Positions 11,830 to 25,232 of a stretch of DNA of 64,000 nucleotides are shown here, piece after piece. A program made the translations under genes and the position numbers. This DNA is from Ginglymostoma cirratum (taxonomy: Eukaryota), in the NCBI GenBank assembly GCA_024137785.1, contig JAHRHZ010000042.1:23346682-23410681 (forward strand), written 5' to 3'. The stretch's first letter is position 1, and every line of letters begins with the position of its first letter. The notes beneath the pieces were generated by a model. It was not told the origin of the DNA. It saw only the letters and a list, made by a program, of their open reading frames with translations, and made no database searches.

Positions 11830-13110
11830 CAAAAGTGCTGACGTCTGGAGGTGAGGTGAGGTGAGGTGAGAGTGACTGTCCTTAACATCAAGGTTGCATT
11901 CGATCGAGTGTGGCATCAACAAACTCTTCCAACCCATAGCCACTTTCACCTGGGACAGGGCAGCAGGTACATGGGAATACCAACACCATCAAGTACCCCT
12001 CCAAGACATTCAGCATCCTGATTTAGAAACAGATCATTGGTCCTTCAATGTCGCTGGACCAAAATCATGTAAATTCCTCCATCTACCTTCAGCACATGGT
12101 GTTGGTGTTCAGCAGTTCAAAGAGGCAGCTCACTACCAGCACTTCAAGGGCAACTAGGAATGAATAATAATGCTGACCCAGCCAGTGATATCCACATCCC
12201 ACATATGAATAAACAAATTGAAGATGTTTGCAACCCAACACCATTTGTGACTCCTCAAATACTGAAGCAGTTTATTTCCAAATGCAGCAAGACCTTGACA
12301 ATGCTGACAAGTGGCAAGTAACATTCATACCACACAAATGCCAAGCAGTGAACATCTCCAACAAGAGACAATCTAACTATCGCCCATTGACATTCAACGG
12401 TATCAACGTTGCTGGATCCCCCTCTAACAACATCCTTGGGCAATGTCATAAGTCCACCCAGTCCAACACCAGCACCTCCACATCATAACATCCTTGGGGT
12501 TATCATTGACTGAAAATTGAACTGGACAAGTCATACAAGTACATGGCTCCAGAGGCAGGTCAGAGGCTAGGAGCCTTGCAACGAATAACTCACATCCTGA
12601 CTTTTGTAAGCCTGTCCACTATCCACAAGGCACAAGTGATGGAACAATCCTCACTTGCCTGCATGTGTGCAGCTTCAACAAAATTCAAAAAGCTGGAGAT
12701 CACCAACAGAAAATAATCCACTTGATTGGCAACACATCCACAAACATTCACTCTCCGATACCAACGTTCAGTAGCAGCAGTGTGTACCATCTACAAGATG
12801 CACTGCAGAAATTTAGGAAGGCTCCTTAGACTGTACATTCCAAACTCACAACCTCTTCTATCCAGGTCAATGGCAGCAGATACATGGAAATACCACCATC
12901 TGCAAGTTGACTCACTCTCCAGCACTTGAAATACATCACTGTTCCTTCGGTGATGCTGGATCAAAATCCTGGAATTCCCTCCCTAATGGCATTGTGAATA
13001 ATCTACAGCAAATGGAATGCAGTGGTTCAAGAAGGCAGTTCGCTACCACCTTCTCAAGGGCAACCAGGGATGGACAATAAATTCTAGCCCAGCCTGTGAT
13101 GCTAACATCT
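11830..13110 (+). mobile_element. Second CR1-clade LINE family, 3' fragments (two tails)
   Basis: MQQDLDNADKWQVTFIPHKCQA and RSVAAVCTIYKMHCRN; tail caaggg caactagg...aat...ccagcc.gtgat. Related copies at about 27920-28440, 42400-42790 and (minus) 55850-56950. Confidence 0.8.
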
Positions 13111-15064
13111 TAGGAATAAACACAAAAAGAAACATGAGTTGCCACCCTGCTCCCCTTTAAGTCATTACATTTTCTCTGGTTAAACTGTTTATTTTTAATA
13201 AATCAAAATATAAATAGTACTAGAGAATACAAATTAATCCTCGAATATTAACAGACCACAAACAACATTGCTCTACATCTTCTCCACTGTAGGCTAACTG
13301 CTTCAAAAATATGTCTGTATAGATAAAGCAGTTAATACATATCTTTAGGTACTTTTATCTTGCTGCTGTTATTCTCGTTTCATGTGATGTTACTATATTA
13401 ACTTTGGAGCAGTTTTCTGCCCTTTACATTTTATTTTTCATGATCCAGTTTCTCCATTTCCTCATGAGACTAAATTGGAATTGCTAAATGTTTACATTGC
13501 TTAGTTTCATGTTACGCAGAAAAAAACAGATGGTCAGGCGCCACTAGTATCTGATTCAGAAGAACAGTTTCTTATCAGCAGAAGCACAACTGAGTATGCA
13601 AAGTCTTCAGACTGGAAAGGATTCGATAATTTTCATAGTAGTTCACGAGAAAAGACCCCGGGGTTGGAACATGCACAGGCCCCGAATCATGTGGGCTTTG
13701 ACGAGAAATTTGGAAAAACGTACAAAGCCAAGTGTGACCTTTCTTGATATTGGGAGCTGTAAGTTATAGTATACATCCAACTTGCAGATATTGAGTCAAG
13801 ATTCTCACTGGTGAGCAGCTTTTTGAGTGGATTTATCAGTCATTATTATTTATTAATACTGTTCTATTTATTAATACCATTCTAAGACCTGCCAGATAGA
13901 AGCAAAAGGCCAAGATGTCCCCACATAAAGGTCAGGACGTGTACCTGATGACTCCAGCTCACCGCTTGCTCCTCTGGGCCCATCTTGGGCATCCAGTACC
14001 AATATCTCGGGGCATACGCCATGGGCAAGAGCTGCATACACTCCATGGCCAATGCTACCTGTTATATGCCAACCTCTCTACAACATCATGGCACATCTTC
14101 AATCCACTTACAGTACACTTCTACATTTTAATGCTGCACTTTGCAGCACATCGGTAACTATAATTGGAATGCATGCTGCAAAGACACTTAACTCCTCTGA
14201 TGGTGCCTGGCCTGCTGTGTTCATCCAGGTCTACACCTTGTTAACTTAGTGTGTTGGGACAGGCACCAGCTCACAGACTGGACCAGCCTGCTTCTCACGG
14301 CCGCTCACTTACTTTCCTAGCTCTCACTCACTTAGCAGCGACCCAAATGGTCTCAGCATTCCTGCCTTGCCTGTTAGTGCAGTGCCTCCTAAGCTAGGGT
14401 TATCAGGAGCACAATACTTCTGCCGTAACTTGCCTTTTTGCACATAATCAGGAAACTTGTCATTGTAACCAGCAGTCATCAATCAAAGAGGTGGACATAT
14501 TTGCTGTACAGCACCATGTTGTGTCAATCTCCCACCTGCACAATGTGCCAGCAGCACTAACAGCAAACACACCGCATGCACTACAAGCAAATAGATATGT
14601 CTCAAAATCCAAGTAGAGTAATCCTCAGTTAAGACAAGACACTCTTAATAAGACAGTCCTGGCATAATAAGTCACAGGCAACCTTCAGCATCAGTGCAGG
14701 ACTTGGACATGGTCATTCACCTGGTCAGGGTTGGACCTATCCTTGCAGGAATCATATGTGAGGCACTCACCATCCATTTTGCATCTTTCTAACCTATTGT
14801 GGGCTGTTTTCTGCTGGAATGAGAAAATGGGAGAGATTGATTGAGGTGAAAGTGGGTGTAACAGTTGTTAGTACTGGAGTAGGTCAGGCAAATTTTCTGA
14901 GGTGTCCTGAGTGAGTAGGTAGACAGTGCAGAGATCACAAAGGGTTCGCAGTTGTGGGACTTGTGTGGGTGAGGGAAGATGTTACATGCAATTGTTCAGT
15001 GATTTATCATGAGCACTAACAGAGATAGAGTAGGAGGTAGTAGAGAAAAGGTGGCAGCACTTAC

Positions 15065-15282
15065 CCTGGGGAAGCAGAGAAGGTCATTGACCTTCTTTCT
15101 ACATTGTTGCGTGTTTCTACAGATGGCTGAGACCACAACTCAGCCCAGGTGGCAACCTTGGTCCAGCCTGGCAGAATCTGGAATCACAGCCTCTTCTGTC
15201 AGTTCTGTGGGAAAGGAAGTTCTTCTTTCACACCACTTCATCCACCAGAACCTCCAGGTCCCTGTCCTCAAAGTGGGGCAGC
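15065..15282 (-). mobile_element. PIF/Harbinger-type Myb/SANT-like DNA-binding exon relic
   Basis: PHFEDRDLEVLVDEVV*...AWTKVA...RNTQQCRKKVNDLL, then a GTAAGT donor. Matches the NAIF1/MSANTD-like domain pattern; contains a stop and frameshifts. Confidence 0.65.
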
Positions 15283-16294
15283 AAATTCACTGCATCTGTC
15301 ATGTCCAAGACAAGTGTAGCAAACTATGCAGGGCAGCTCCAGACTGGCAGTGCATGACTGGATGCACAACTGCCTTTTGAAGATGACAGTGGGGCCAAAG
15401 ATTCTGGCATATCCCACGATGGCAAGAACCTCAGGTAAGGTGAATGGGAGAACTGGGGTAGAATCCAACAAAAAGGCATGGTAAGTAATTTATGATGTGA
15501 GTTTGGGATGATGGAGTGAGAAAATTCACTAGGCCTTGCGAAGAGAACCCCAGTATGGAACTCAACAAAATGTGACTTTGCCAAAATATGATTCGATTCA
15601 GTACTAAGGTTCGTTTAAGATTCAGTGGAAAATGTCAGTGCTTTAGTCTGGAGCAAATGTTTTTACGATTATGTTCAGTGACTGACTACCACGGTAACCA
15701 CAATGCAACAAAAACCCCTCATGACTAATGAAGCCAGATTTCGTTCTGGGATCTCTAATCCCCAGTATTGTGATCGGCTGATTAACATTAGATACTTTAG
15801 CAGGGAAGAAACAAAGCCAGCAAATGCAACAGCAACTCTCAAACCCCAAAATAAATTAGCTTCTGCTGAAGCAAAAGGAAGTCCAACCCTTCACAAATAT
15901 AGCCACCATTGGGAAGACAAGGCACATCGAATCTTCTGCATTTTTCTAACGCAGAAACATCTTTTTGCTCGCAATCTGAACGCCTTTTAAACACTTTATT
16001 CTTTATATTGTTATTTCAAGAATTATTTACTTTGTAAAATAAGTAATAAACATCTATTCATTTGACACATAAATTCATGAACTTACTCTGAAGTTAGGTA
16101 GGTCAATTAGATGATGCAGCTCAACATCAACAGTTGGAAAACTAAACATTTTATACATAGAATTTTTCATACATCGACACATTAGAATTCAACAGAGTTA
16201 ATCACAAAAAAGCATACTGGTAAATTTGTAACAGAAAATGTGCACAATAACATACAGAATAAGAAGTCCTATATAACATAGAACAGTTTCAATG

Positions 16295-16600
16295 AGGTCA
16301 CAGAGTCAGAATTGTACAGCATGGAAATAGATCCTTCAGTCCAACTCGTCCATGCTGAACAGGTATCCTAAATTAATCTAATCCTATTTGCCAGCATTTG
16401 GCCCATATCCCTCTAAACCCTTCCTATTCATATATCTATCCAGATGCCATTTAAATGTTGTCATTGTACCAGCCTCCACCACTTCCTCTGGCAGCTCAAT
16501 TCCATACACGCACAAGCCTCTACATGAAAATGTTGCCCCTTAGGTCCCTTTTAAATCTTTCCCCTCTCACCTTAAACCCATGTCCTCTAGTTTTGGACTT
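16295..16600 (-). mobile_element. CR1 LINE 3' end
   Basis: cccatatccctctaaacccttcctattca...ccagcctccaccacttcctctggcagc, the CR1/HER1-type tail. Confidence 0.85.
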
Positions 16601-17783
16601 AGATTAAAATACCAGACCCTCTGGTATAAGGCATTGAAGACTGATTGAATGAGAGTAACCAACAAGATGCCTTTTTTTTTCACTCAGACCAGCTAATCTT
16701 TGATTAGATGACGCAATCTATTTCTTCACATTTATTTCCAGTTATAATGTAGTGTGTATAAATAATATTGAAACTACTAATTTTAAAACTATATGTCACT
16801 GAACAGAAGTGAGTGACAAAGCAATTGGACTGCAGAACAGTGATCCAGAAACCATGTGAAACTCAGATTCCTCAACACTTCAAATGTCACAGTTCAACAG
16901 TAACTTGTAAAATGACATGATTAGCTATTTCCATCAGAGAATGTGTAGCAGACATACTCAGTGAACAGCAACCAAACGGCAGTTGAATACTTCAATGTAA
17001 TACTCTTCCAAATAAAAGTTGTAGGATTCAAGGCATTAATTTTATTATTCTCTGCACAGATGCTGCCAGACCCGCCTGTTTTTTCCAGCACTTTCCGTTT
17101 TCATTTCAGATCTCCAGCATTCACATGATTTTACTTCTGCTTCACTATTAGAATTAGATTTGCTGATGGTAACCATTAATTGTTGGTGAATGTGAATGCC
17201 AGCAACACTTTTGTAAATTTATTTTTTGTAGGATGTGGACGTCACTAGCTGACCAGCATTTATTGCCCATCCCTAGTTGCTCTTCAGAAGGTGATGGTGA
17301 GCTGCCTTCTTAAACTGCTGCAGTCTACCTGCTCACCACCACCTTCTCATCTGGGGATGGGCAATAAATTCTCACCAGCCACCGAGTATCGGGCACTTAA
17401 TCAGTCAAGAAATTTGGTAAATGAGGGTATTTTTGAGCTCTTATCTGCACCATCCACTGTTACAACAGGCTGCAGAGGGAGTGAGAATTAATTAAGCACA
17501 ACATCAAATACACACAAATATAGACATAAAGTTTACAAAAAAGAATCTAGTATCATAGGATGATTAAAAATATGCAGTTTATAATACTCTTAGCATCTTT
17601 GAGTTGTTACATTTAAACCGGGGCGATGGTTGTTCAGTTGATGTCTCATATCCTCAGCAAGAGTGAAATTTGTAGAATTCTTCAGTTCTCAGTGGAGTGA
17701 GTTTCTCCAACTTGTTTTAACTCTAGTGCTGGCCTTCGAGATGGTGAAAGGAAAACCAGGAAAAGCAGAATCTTTAAAACCTT

Positions 17784-18249
17784 AGATAACAAGCATGGGG
17801 CTGGATGAACACAGCAGGNNNNNNNNNNNNNNNNNNNNNNNNNNNNNNNNNNNNNNNNNNNNNNNNNNNNNNNNNNNNNNNNNNNNNNNNNNNNNNNNNN
17901 NNNNNNNNNNNNNNNNNNNNNNNNNNNNNNNNNNNNNNNNNNNNNNNNNNNNNNNNNNNNNNNNNNNNNNNNNNNNNNNNNNNNNNNNNNNNNNNNNNNN
18001 NNNNNNNNNNNNNNNNNNNNNNNNNNNNNNNNNNNNNNNNNNNNNNNNNNNNNNNNNNNNNNNNNNNNNNNNNNNNNNNNNNNNNNNNNNNNNNNNNNNN
18101 NNNNNNNNNNNNNNNNNNNNNNNNNNNNNNNNNNNNNNNNNNNNNNNNNNNNNNNNNNNNNNNNNNNNNNNNNNNNNNNNNNNNNNNNNNNNNNNNNNNN
18201 NNNNNNNNNNNNNNNNNNGGATTCTCCAGCATCTGCAGTACCTTTTATC
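17784..18249. mobile_element. Penelope-derived foldback element spanning an assembly gap
   Basis: Termini match 10935-11582; TSD tctttaaaa(c/g)ctt at 17771-17783 and 18250-18262. Confidence 0.75.
17819..18218. other. Assembly gap (400 N)
   Basis: Run of N. Confidence 1.
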
Positions 18250-20235
18250 TCTTTAAAAGCTTGCTGTTATCAACTCATTTCCATTTTCTCTGCTGGTCTG
18301 CCAAACAGCTACTGGATTAAGGTTCATTTGTGTATTCCTACTCAGGCTTCATTGCCTTTCTAAGCTGAATAGTTTCAGGAAACTCTTTTGTGTTCAATAT
18401 GTGCTACTTCTCAAACAAATGCCGTTAAAACAGTAGGTGTGAGTTTCTTGATGCCTGATTCAGTTAATTGATTTCAAAGCCTTTGGACGGAACAGTAGTT
18501 TCAGTTGAAATTATTTAATTTATTCCATATTGGTTTCATGAGTCTGCCTCAAACCACAGTCAGAATGATTGTTAACAACATCCGTGTCTCTTCCTTGTTA
18601 AAACCATCACAGTCTCTGAAAATCTCAGGTATTAGAATCACTTGAAGTTGAAAACTGACAGTCCTTATTTTACAACTATTGAGACACCATTAAATAAACA
18701 ATATAAATTAATAGCTTTACCACTGTGTTTCCTCGTTGCTCCCTCCAATTGATTTCACTCACTTACACCAGTTCTCTTTGCTTGTTTTGGGATTTGAGTT
18801 GGATTCAGGTCTTTGTGAACGTGTTCATTTTATTTTTGTACTGATACTTTCTCCAGTTCTGAAATCTGATCACTATTTATTAGAAGATAGTGCCTGTCTG
18901 CTCCAAATTGGACTATTAATTATCATTTGGTAGCACAGAACCTGAAATTGTTGTAAAGTGACATGCTTGATCAAAGTCTTTCAACTTGCAGTCATCAGGA
19001 CATTGACGAAATACCAACGTAAAGGGGATATTTCTATACTGTTGGGAACAACACACTGACTGTCTGGCAAGTGGATTCTGAGTGGGAAAGGTGTTACTAT
19101 GGAACATATACCAGTTCGATAATGAATGACAGCTACTTACCAAGAATTCTTTAAAATTAAAACCAGGTAGATCGGCTCTGATTGCTCAAGGCGTTGTCCT
19201 GCAGAAGGAATCAGAGAATGACACTGCGTTTCATGCTGTGCAAGCATAGAGTGGTTGGGTACAGTCTGTAACTTTTCTGTTGCAAATAGCTGAGCTGGAA
19301 TGTTCTTTAATATGACATTCCAGACATAATGATGTACACACTAGCATCACACCAGCTCTACAATCCATGCACCACATCATGCATATGTGCAACAGGCAGA
19401 TGTCCTTTTTGGTTTGACAGCAACATCCTGTTCATGGCAATAACATAACTCCCTTTACATTGTTATACTTGTAAATGTCATGATGAGTGCAAGACAAAAA
19501 GCTTTGAAATGATTTTTTAAACAATGCTCAAACTATTAATGTTACCGATCCTCTGTGACTTGTTGAAAATTTTGATCGCGTTCTGTAAATGAAAGGACAA
19601 TACAAACAATATTTTTCAGCAGCTTTTCGACCGCTTTTACATGAAAAGTTGCAAATTAAATAACTCTTTAACCTCTTTTAACCGACTAACTGTTAAAAGG
19701 GCAGAAGATGTCTCCAAGGGGAAACTAAAGGAAAAAGAAACACAAAACATCTCAATTTCTCATTATACTACAGACTGGCATTCATGTAAAGAAAAATACA
19801 ATTATATAATGCTTTTCAAAATTGTAGGTTGTCCACACTTTATCCCTTGTTATTTTTGAAATGGAGGGAAAGATATAAGACAGAATATCATTTCAAGTTA
19901 CTTCAACTAAATAATCAGACAAAAAATCATATATAAAAATGAGAAAAATTTGCTATTCACGTTGATGAAGTTGAAGAAATGCACAGAACCACCACATTTG
20001 TCAATTCACAATATTGAGGGGATATACAACAAAACATTACATTAAATAGATGGGATATTGGATAATTCCTAATAAAGTCTATTATATGTACATGGCACTG
20101 AAACAAGGCAGTCGATCGCAGAAATGACGTTGTTGTTTCTTACTTGTCCATTTTATTTCCTTATGTTATGTCCCAATCATAAATTGAAACAATGTCTTGG
20201 TCAGTTGCACACTGAATGAGGCAACTGTTGCTGTC

Positions 20236-20291
20236 TTAAAATGGTAAACTGTCAAATAACACAGCAAGTGGAAGTAGCCAAAATATTGAAT
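20236..20291 (-). CDS. Gene B last coding exon, hydrophobic GPI-type signal: DSIFWLLPLAVLFDSLPF*
   Basis: Very strong acceptor ctttattctttttatttcAG, phase 1, TAA at 20238-20236; AATAAA at 20157-20152. Confidence 0.7.
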
Positions 20292-21390
20292 CTGAAATAA
20301 AAAGAATAAAGATTAAAAATGTTATTGTTATATGCAAATGAAATAAGTAATTATAAATAGAAATGACAACTAACACGATAAACCCTTACTAGCCTAAACT
20401 AGGGTGTCACGTTTTCTCTCATACAGGTTAATCAACAAGTAATGTGGCCTCTTGGTAAGGGAATGATGCATGTGGGATAGGATCATATTGAAAAGGTTAA
20501 AATTCAATAAAAACAGTGGATGAATGTGTTAATATATCGACTGTACAACATAAGCGGCTAGTTTGAGATAAGCTACTGCACTGCTGTTAGATTTAAGAAT
20601 AAGTTTCCAACCAAAGGTTTTGTACATTTTGCCGTGCAAAGGTGAGACACACACACACACACGCACACATAGATTCTATTTGGCTATAATGAGGTCAATG
20701 ATATTCCTTTGTACTGTACAGTAAAATTCTATCGTGATTCAATAAAGCAAATATGTATAGCTAGCGTACACTTGAAATTGAATCTACAACTTGATTAAGA
20801 TGAACACTTCAGATTTGAGTAATTCTTGTATTATTTTTGCGGAAATTAAGCACCAATTACTCCATTGGCATATCACGTGTTATAACTTCAGAGCCTTCAA
20901 TTGTAAATCAGCAACATGGAACACATCAGTTACTTACACGCATCAATGAAAAAAAAAACAGAAAAAAGGGACAAAGATAGAATACTGAGGCTGTTGGAAA
21001 TCTGAACTCTTCAGCAGACAGGCAGCAATAGCAGAGAAAGAAACAAAGCTATCATTTCCATTCAATGACTGTTTGGCAGAACGGTTTAGATGGAAGGTCA
21101 TTGACCTGAACTGCCAACTCTCTCGCTCCACATATACTGTCTGACCGGATACAGCCTTAGTGAGATCATGAGGGTAATATTTGGGAGTCATGAAAAACTT
21201 TTGATTTGTCCAAAATTTAGCACCTCAGTTTAAATAATCTAAACATTCCACCTATTCTTCCATCTCTTGAGGACTAGCCTTTGCTTAAATATTCGTATGC
21301 TAGTGTTGTGGCTTCAAACTGAATAGCTACCCAGTCACTCAATTGCACATATTTCTTGTTAAAAAAAGTCCATGCGGTTGACCTTCTCAC

Positions 21391-21435
21391 CTGCTTTGAA
21401 AAGACTTCCACTGGAGGAAGATCTCGTCCGGGCTG
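21391..21435 (-). CDS. Gene B stalk/omega-site exon: AARTRSSSSGSLFKA
   Basis: Acceptor ttctctttattacaatAG(cAG), donor CAG|GTGAGA, 45 (or 42) nt, symmetric phase 1-1, open. Confidence 0.72.
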
Positions 21436-23062
21436 CTATTGTAATAAAGAGAATTTTGAGACAGGATTAAATTTAGTAATTTTATTTGAATTGGTAAAAT
21501 AACAATTTAGACTTCATAAGGGAACCCTTAAAATAAAGCACAATATCGACATAGATGTATCAATTTAGAAAACCACATTAAGACCCTATTCTACACAGCC
21601 CATAATAAATTGTTCCAAAGTGTATTCCATTTAATTCATGGAAGAAACAATGTAGGTAGTAAACACACTCAGAAAAAAAATTTCCTTTACAGACTAGGGG
21701 AAATTAAGTAACCCTGGAGAGAGCTCTGAATGTAAATCCAATTTTACAATCCCCAGCTTGCGGTTGTGGATCTTTCAACCACAGGCAGATTCGCCTTGAG
21801 ATTTTACTCGTGGGCTCAGAACATAACATCCAAATAACCATTTTATCCGAAGCATGCACTAGCTTATAGCTTAAAACAGTACTCTGGCTTCTAGTGAGGC
21901 AAGGTTTGCTAATTTTAGCATATGTGCTGTGCAATATAATTTAAATTAAAGCAAGTGATTAATAGGAACCTCACGTTTGAAACTCTAATCTCTTGCTTGC
22001 TTTCATCAATGATGTTCAATAAAAGAGGGGTGAGCAGAAACACTGGCCCTGCATGCAGTTTTCCAAAATGTACATTGACTAATTCTCTTCCCTTCTCAAT
22101 AAACTGAAATGCAGTCACCAAACATTGTTTTTTCTCTCATTGTTGACTGACGGGCAGCATGTGTGTCGACAGACACTCATACATCAGTACTTACAGTCTT
22201 TTTGCACAGTGCACAAAGATCCACAGCAAATCTATAGAAATTCATGAGAAGGTTCTTGATCTTTACTCTGTGGATGAACCATGTTTGTGTCAGGAATGCA
22301 ATCTCAAGCACACATTGCATGTTGATGACCTTAGGATAGTATGCATCACGTAAGTTCCTTTGGATAGTCAGTGCCAGTGATTCCTCTCAGCCAGTCTCTG
22401 AGCGTTGATCTGCTTTGGCAGTCAAATTGCAGCAATAGAAACAAAGCATACTAAACTAGACAATGCTGTTTGCATTTGATTTAAGGATAAGGATTTGTTT
22501 GTTTTTTTAAAATTCAGACGTTGATTCTGAAACTAAAACTATACACACATTTTGCAAGAATTTAATCAAAAGGATGGAAAAACAGGTTTAGTTTTCATAA
22601 AGTGCTTCCAGAGTGCAAACCTTTTCAATTTGATAAAATAAAGCCAGTTAAATCACTTTGCTGGAATCTGAAGATGTCTTCGTAAAACTTTCGTGCCTGG
22701 GGCTTAACTTGTCATTACACATTCAACTGCAATTTGACCTTGTAGTTTTTAGGAATTCTTCCTTTCATTTGTTTGGTTTGAAAGTAAAACCAATGGTCAT
22801 CAGTTGCAACCAAAATACTGGAGAACTCAGCAGTGCAATTTTTTTTAAAAGCACAATCTCATTCAAGTAAATCAACACAAGATTTACAGGGTATGTCTTT
22901 CAGTTTAGCGTACTGCATTTTCTGTTCGCAACATGGTCTCCTGATTTTTGGGGAGATCAAACGCAGACTAGAGACTGTTTAGCAGAATATTTACATTCAA
23001 TGCCAATATCATATCAAAGTACAAGCCTATTCCTCAAAGAAAGCAACAGCATTTTTTGAGGG

Positions 23063-23295
23063 ATAGCAGGAACTGTTGACGCTGGAGAATCTGAGATAAC
23101 AAAGTGTAGAGCTGGGTGAACACAGCAGGCCAAGCAGCATCAGAGGAGCAGGAAAGCTGACATTTCGGGTCTGGACTCTTCTTCAGAAAATGGCAGAAAA
23201 ATTCTGAAGAAGGTCCAGACCCGGAAGATCAGCTTTCCTGTTCCTCTGATGCTGCTTGGCCTGCTGTGTTCATCCAGCTCCACACCTTGTTATGT
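23063..23295. mobile_element. Penelope-derived foldback (hairpin arms of about 100 bp) with a 16-bp TSD
   Basis: Arms are near-perfect reverse complements; TSD cagca(t/c)tttt(t/c)gaggg at 23047-23062 and 23296-23311. Confidence 0.9.
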
Positions 23296-24404
23296 CAGCA
23301 CTTTTCGAGGGCTTCCTTTTTAAGAAAATGCTTGTTTTGAAATTTCTGATTGAACCCAAATTACCCTTGGTATGTTTACTTGGGGCTAGCTATTAATTTT
23401 ATTATTCTTTTGATTCAGATTGAGGAAAGAAAGAAATTGCAAAAATCAGACAAATAGTAGTTGAACATGCATCAGCACTGCTTAATTTTTATTCAAACAA
23501 CCCTAAGCTGTAAGTAGCTAAGAAACGACTTGTCAATGCATATTAAGTTTGCAAACAAATAGTTGAACTGTTCTTCTATTGTCAATTTAAAAAGAATTGA
23601 ACTCCGATCATGGAAGCCAAAACTGTTTCCTTAGTTGTTACTTAATTCCTTCAACTCCCTTCTAGATATCATCAATCAACCAGTTCAGATGCCATTATGA
23701 CATTTCTGTGGAACAAATGGGATGTGAAACCAAGCCTTCTGGATCAGGGGTAAGACACTGCCTATGCACCGCAAGAGCCTGCCAACTCCCTTTCACACTG
23801 TTTTGATAAAACTCAATTGAGCTTGAGGAGCAGCACTTCATCTGTCAATGAGGTATGTCTGGGTAATTTCAGAAAGAACCTAGCCATTAATCCACTTTTT
23901 AAGGCAACAGTTTTTAGCGATGATTCTGTCATTTCTACTTACACACTGTCTAGACCGATCTTTTGTTTCTATAATTGTGCTCATGAGCATACCTTTGTGT
24001 TACAATGACATCCCTCTCATCATTTAATTTCTTCTGCCTTCCACCTTATTATAGACCTTTATTTTTGTCCTTTCCTTTCCTTTTACTGTATATCTCCACT
24101 AAACCTGTGACACACCCCCGGCACTTTCTTCCGTTCTGATGAAAAATCATCATCCTAAAAGTCTTTGTTTCTCTCCTCAGAGCTGCTATCTGAACCACTG
24201 AGCACTTACAATTTTCCTGCTTTCATGTTAGAAAATTACTTGCAATTATTGAAGTTGCTGAGATAAACAAATCTTGTCACAAAAAAAGAGTTTAACCGCT
24301 GAAAGCTGAAAGAAAGGTAAAGTCATGAAACCTTGCTCATTTAACAGTGATGAGATGCAAACACCACCTCAACTTATTTGTAACTTGGGATTGTGAGGTA
24401 AGAA

Positions 24405-24950
24405 TAAACCATATTCGGAGTGCTGTGTGCCATTTCTGGTTGCCCTAATATAGGAAGGATGTTTTTGAACTGGAAATGGTGCAGAAAAAATTTACAAGGA
24501 TTTTACCAGGACTGGAAGGTTTGAGTTATAATGAGATGCTAAATAGGCTAGGACTTTTTTCCATGGAGGGTAGGAGGCTGAGGCTTGATCTTGTAGAGGA
24601 TTATAAAATCATGAGAGGCACAGATAAGGTGAATAGCCAAGGTCTTTTTCCCCAGGAGAGGGGAGTCCAAAACTAGACAGCAAATTTTAAGGTGAGGTGG
24701 AAGGACTTGAGGGGCAAATTTTTCACAAAAAGGGTGGTGCGTATATGGAATAAGCTACCAGAGAAAGTGGTAGAGGCAGGTACAACTAAAAGATTTAAGA
24801 GAGTTTTGGACAGGTACATGGATAGGAAAGGTTTAGAGGGATATGGGCTAAACACAGGCAAATGGGACCAGTTCAGTTTATGAAACCTGGTCAACATGGA
24901 CAAGTTGGGCCAAAGGGCCTGTTTCCGTGCTGTATGACTCTATGACAAAG
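24405..24950 (+). mobile_element. CR1 LINE 3' fragment
   Basis: VQKKFTRILPGLEGLSYNEMLNRLGLFS...; tail tgctgtatgactctatgac. Confidence 0.9.
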
Positions 24951-25232
24951 TAAGAACTGACCACTCCAGTGCTTAAGCAACTTGTTTTTGATACAAAGCA
25001 CATCATGGGAAATGTGGTAAAAAAAAGAACAATTAGTTACACATTTCTTCATGAACAGATGCTTACTAAAGAAATTGCTGACAATTTCATATGAAACAAA
25101 GCTCTTTAGTCACATCAATTTTTTTTGAGGATGAGAGAACTTCCATTTTCTGTGAAACAAACTGAGCTGATACATCAGAGAAGGAGATCATCTATCAGAC
25201 AGTCTAAAGAAAACACAAAGTGTCTTCTGAAA

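Noticed and set aside
17774-18320. Long ORFs across the N run (also 44263-45291)
   Set aside because: Open only because N translates to X.
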